Below the pieces are notes generated by a model. It had not been told where the DNA came from and did not search any database. It saw nothing but the letters and a program-made list of their open reading frames with translations. The translations under genes and the position numbers were made by a program. DNA of 64,000 bases from Eledone cirrhosa (taxonomy: Eukaryota): NCBI GenBank assembly GCA_964016885.1, contig OZ024740.1, positions 71,424,001 through 71,488,000 of the forward strand. Reading direction: 5' to 3'. Each line of letters begins with the position of its first letter. Position 1 is the first letter of the stretch. Below, piece after piece: positions 63,971-64,000 of the stretch.

Positions 63971-64000
63971 CAGGCATGTCAAACATGCGGGCTGCATGTG
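63971..64000 (+). mobile_element. Possible hAT-type terminus at window edge
   Basis: CAGGCATGTCAAACATGCGGGC. Confidence 0.4.

Overview
AT-rich, repeat-dense animal genomic DNA; the tRNA-headed SINE families and the RTE/(TA)n landscape resemble an octopod cephalopod (inference). One host gene is well supported: a 3-exon eIF4E-binding protein (4E-BP/Thor) on + (28371-28515, 46553-46720, 52086-52123; 116 aa, with YDRAFLL and a C-terminal FQMDI TOS motif). The most striking structure is a ~12 kb nested stack (about 5790-18145). A Tigger/pogo transposase is split mid-motif by a CR1 fragment, and the (ATT)n tail of that CR1 then took four further LINE insertions: a near-intact Tx1-clade element, a Tx1 3' stub, and two Dong/R4-clade copies in the opposite orientation. 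Also present: a full-length decayed RTE with a strongly structured 5' leader, a second RTE family with a PHD-like finger inside its RT, SINEs whose 3' tail resembles the Tx1 3' end, Helitrons, hAT/mariner/piggyBac MITEs and degenerate hammerhead-like motifs. All calls were made by eye from the sequence and the ORF track; no searches or folding were run, and repeat boundaries are approximate.
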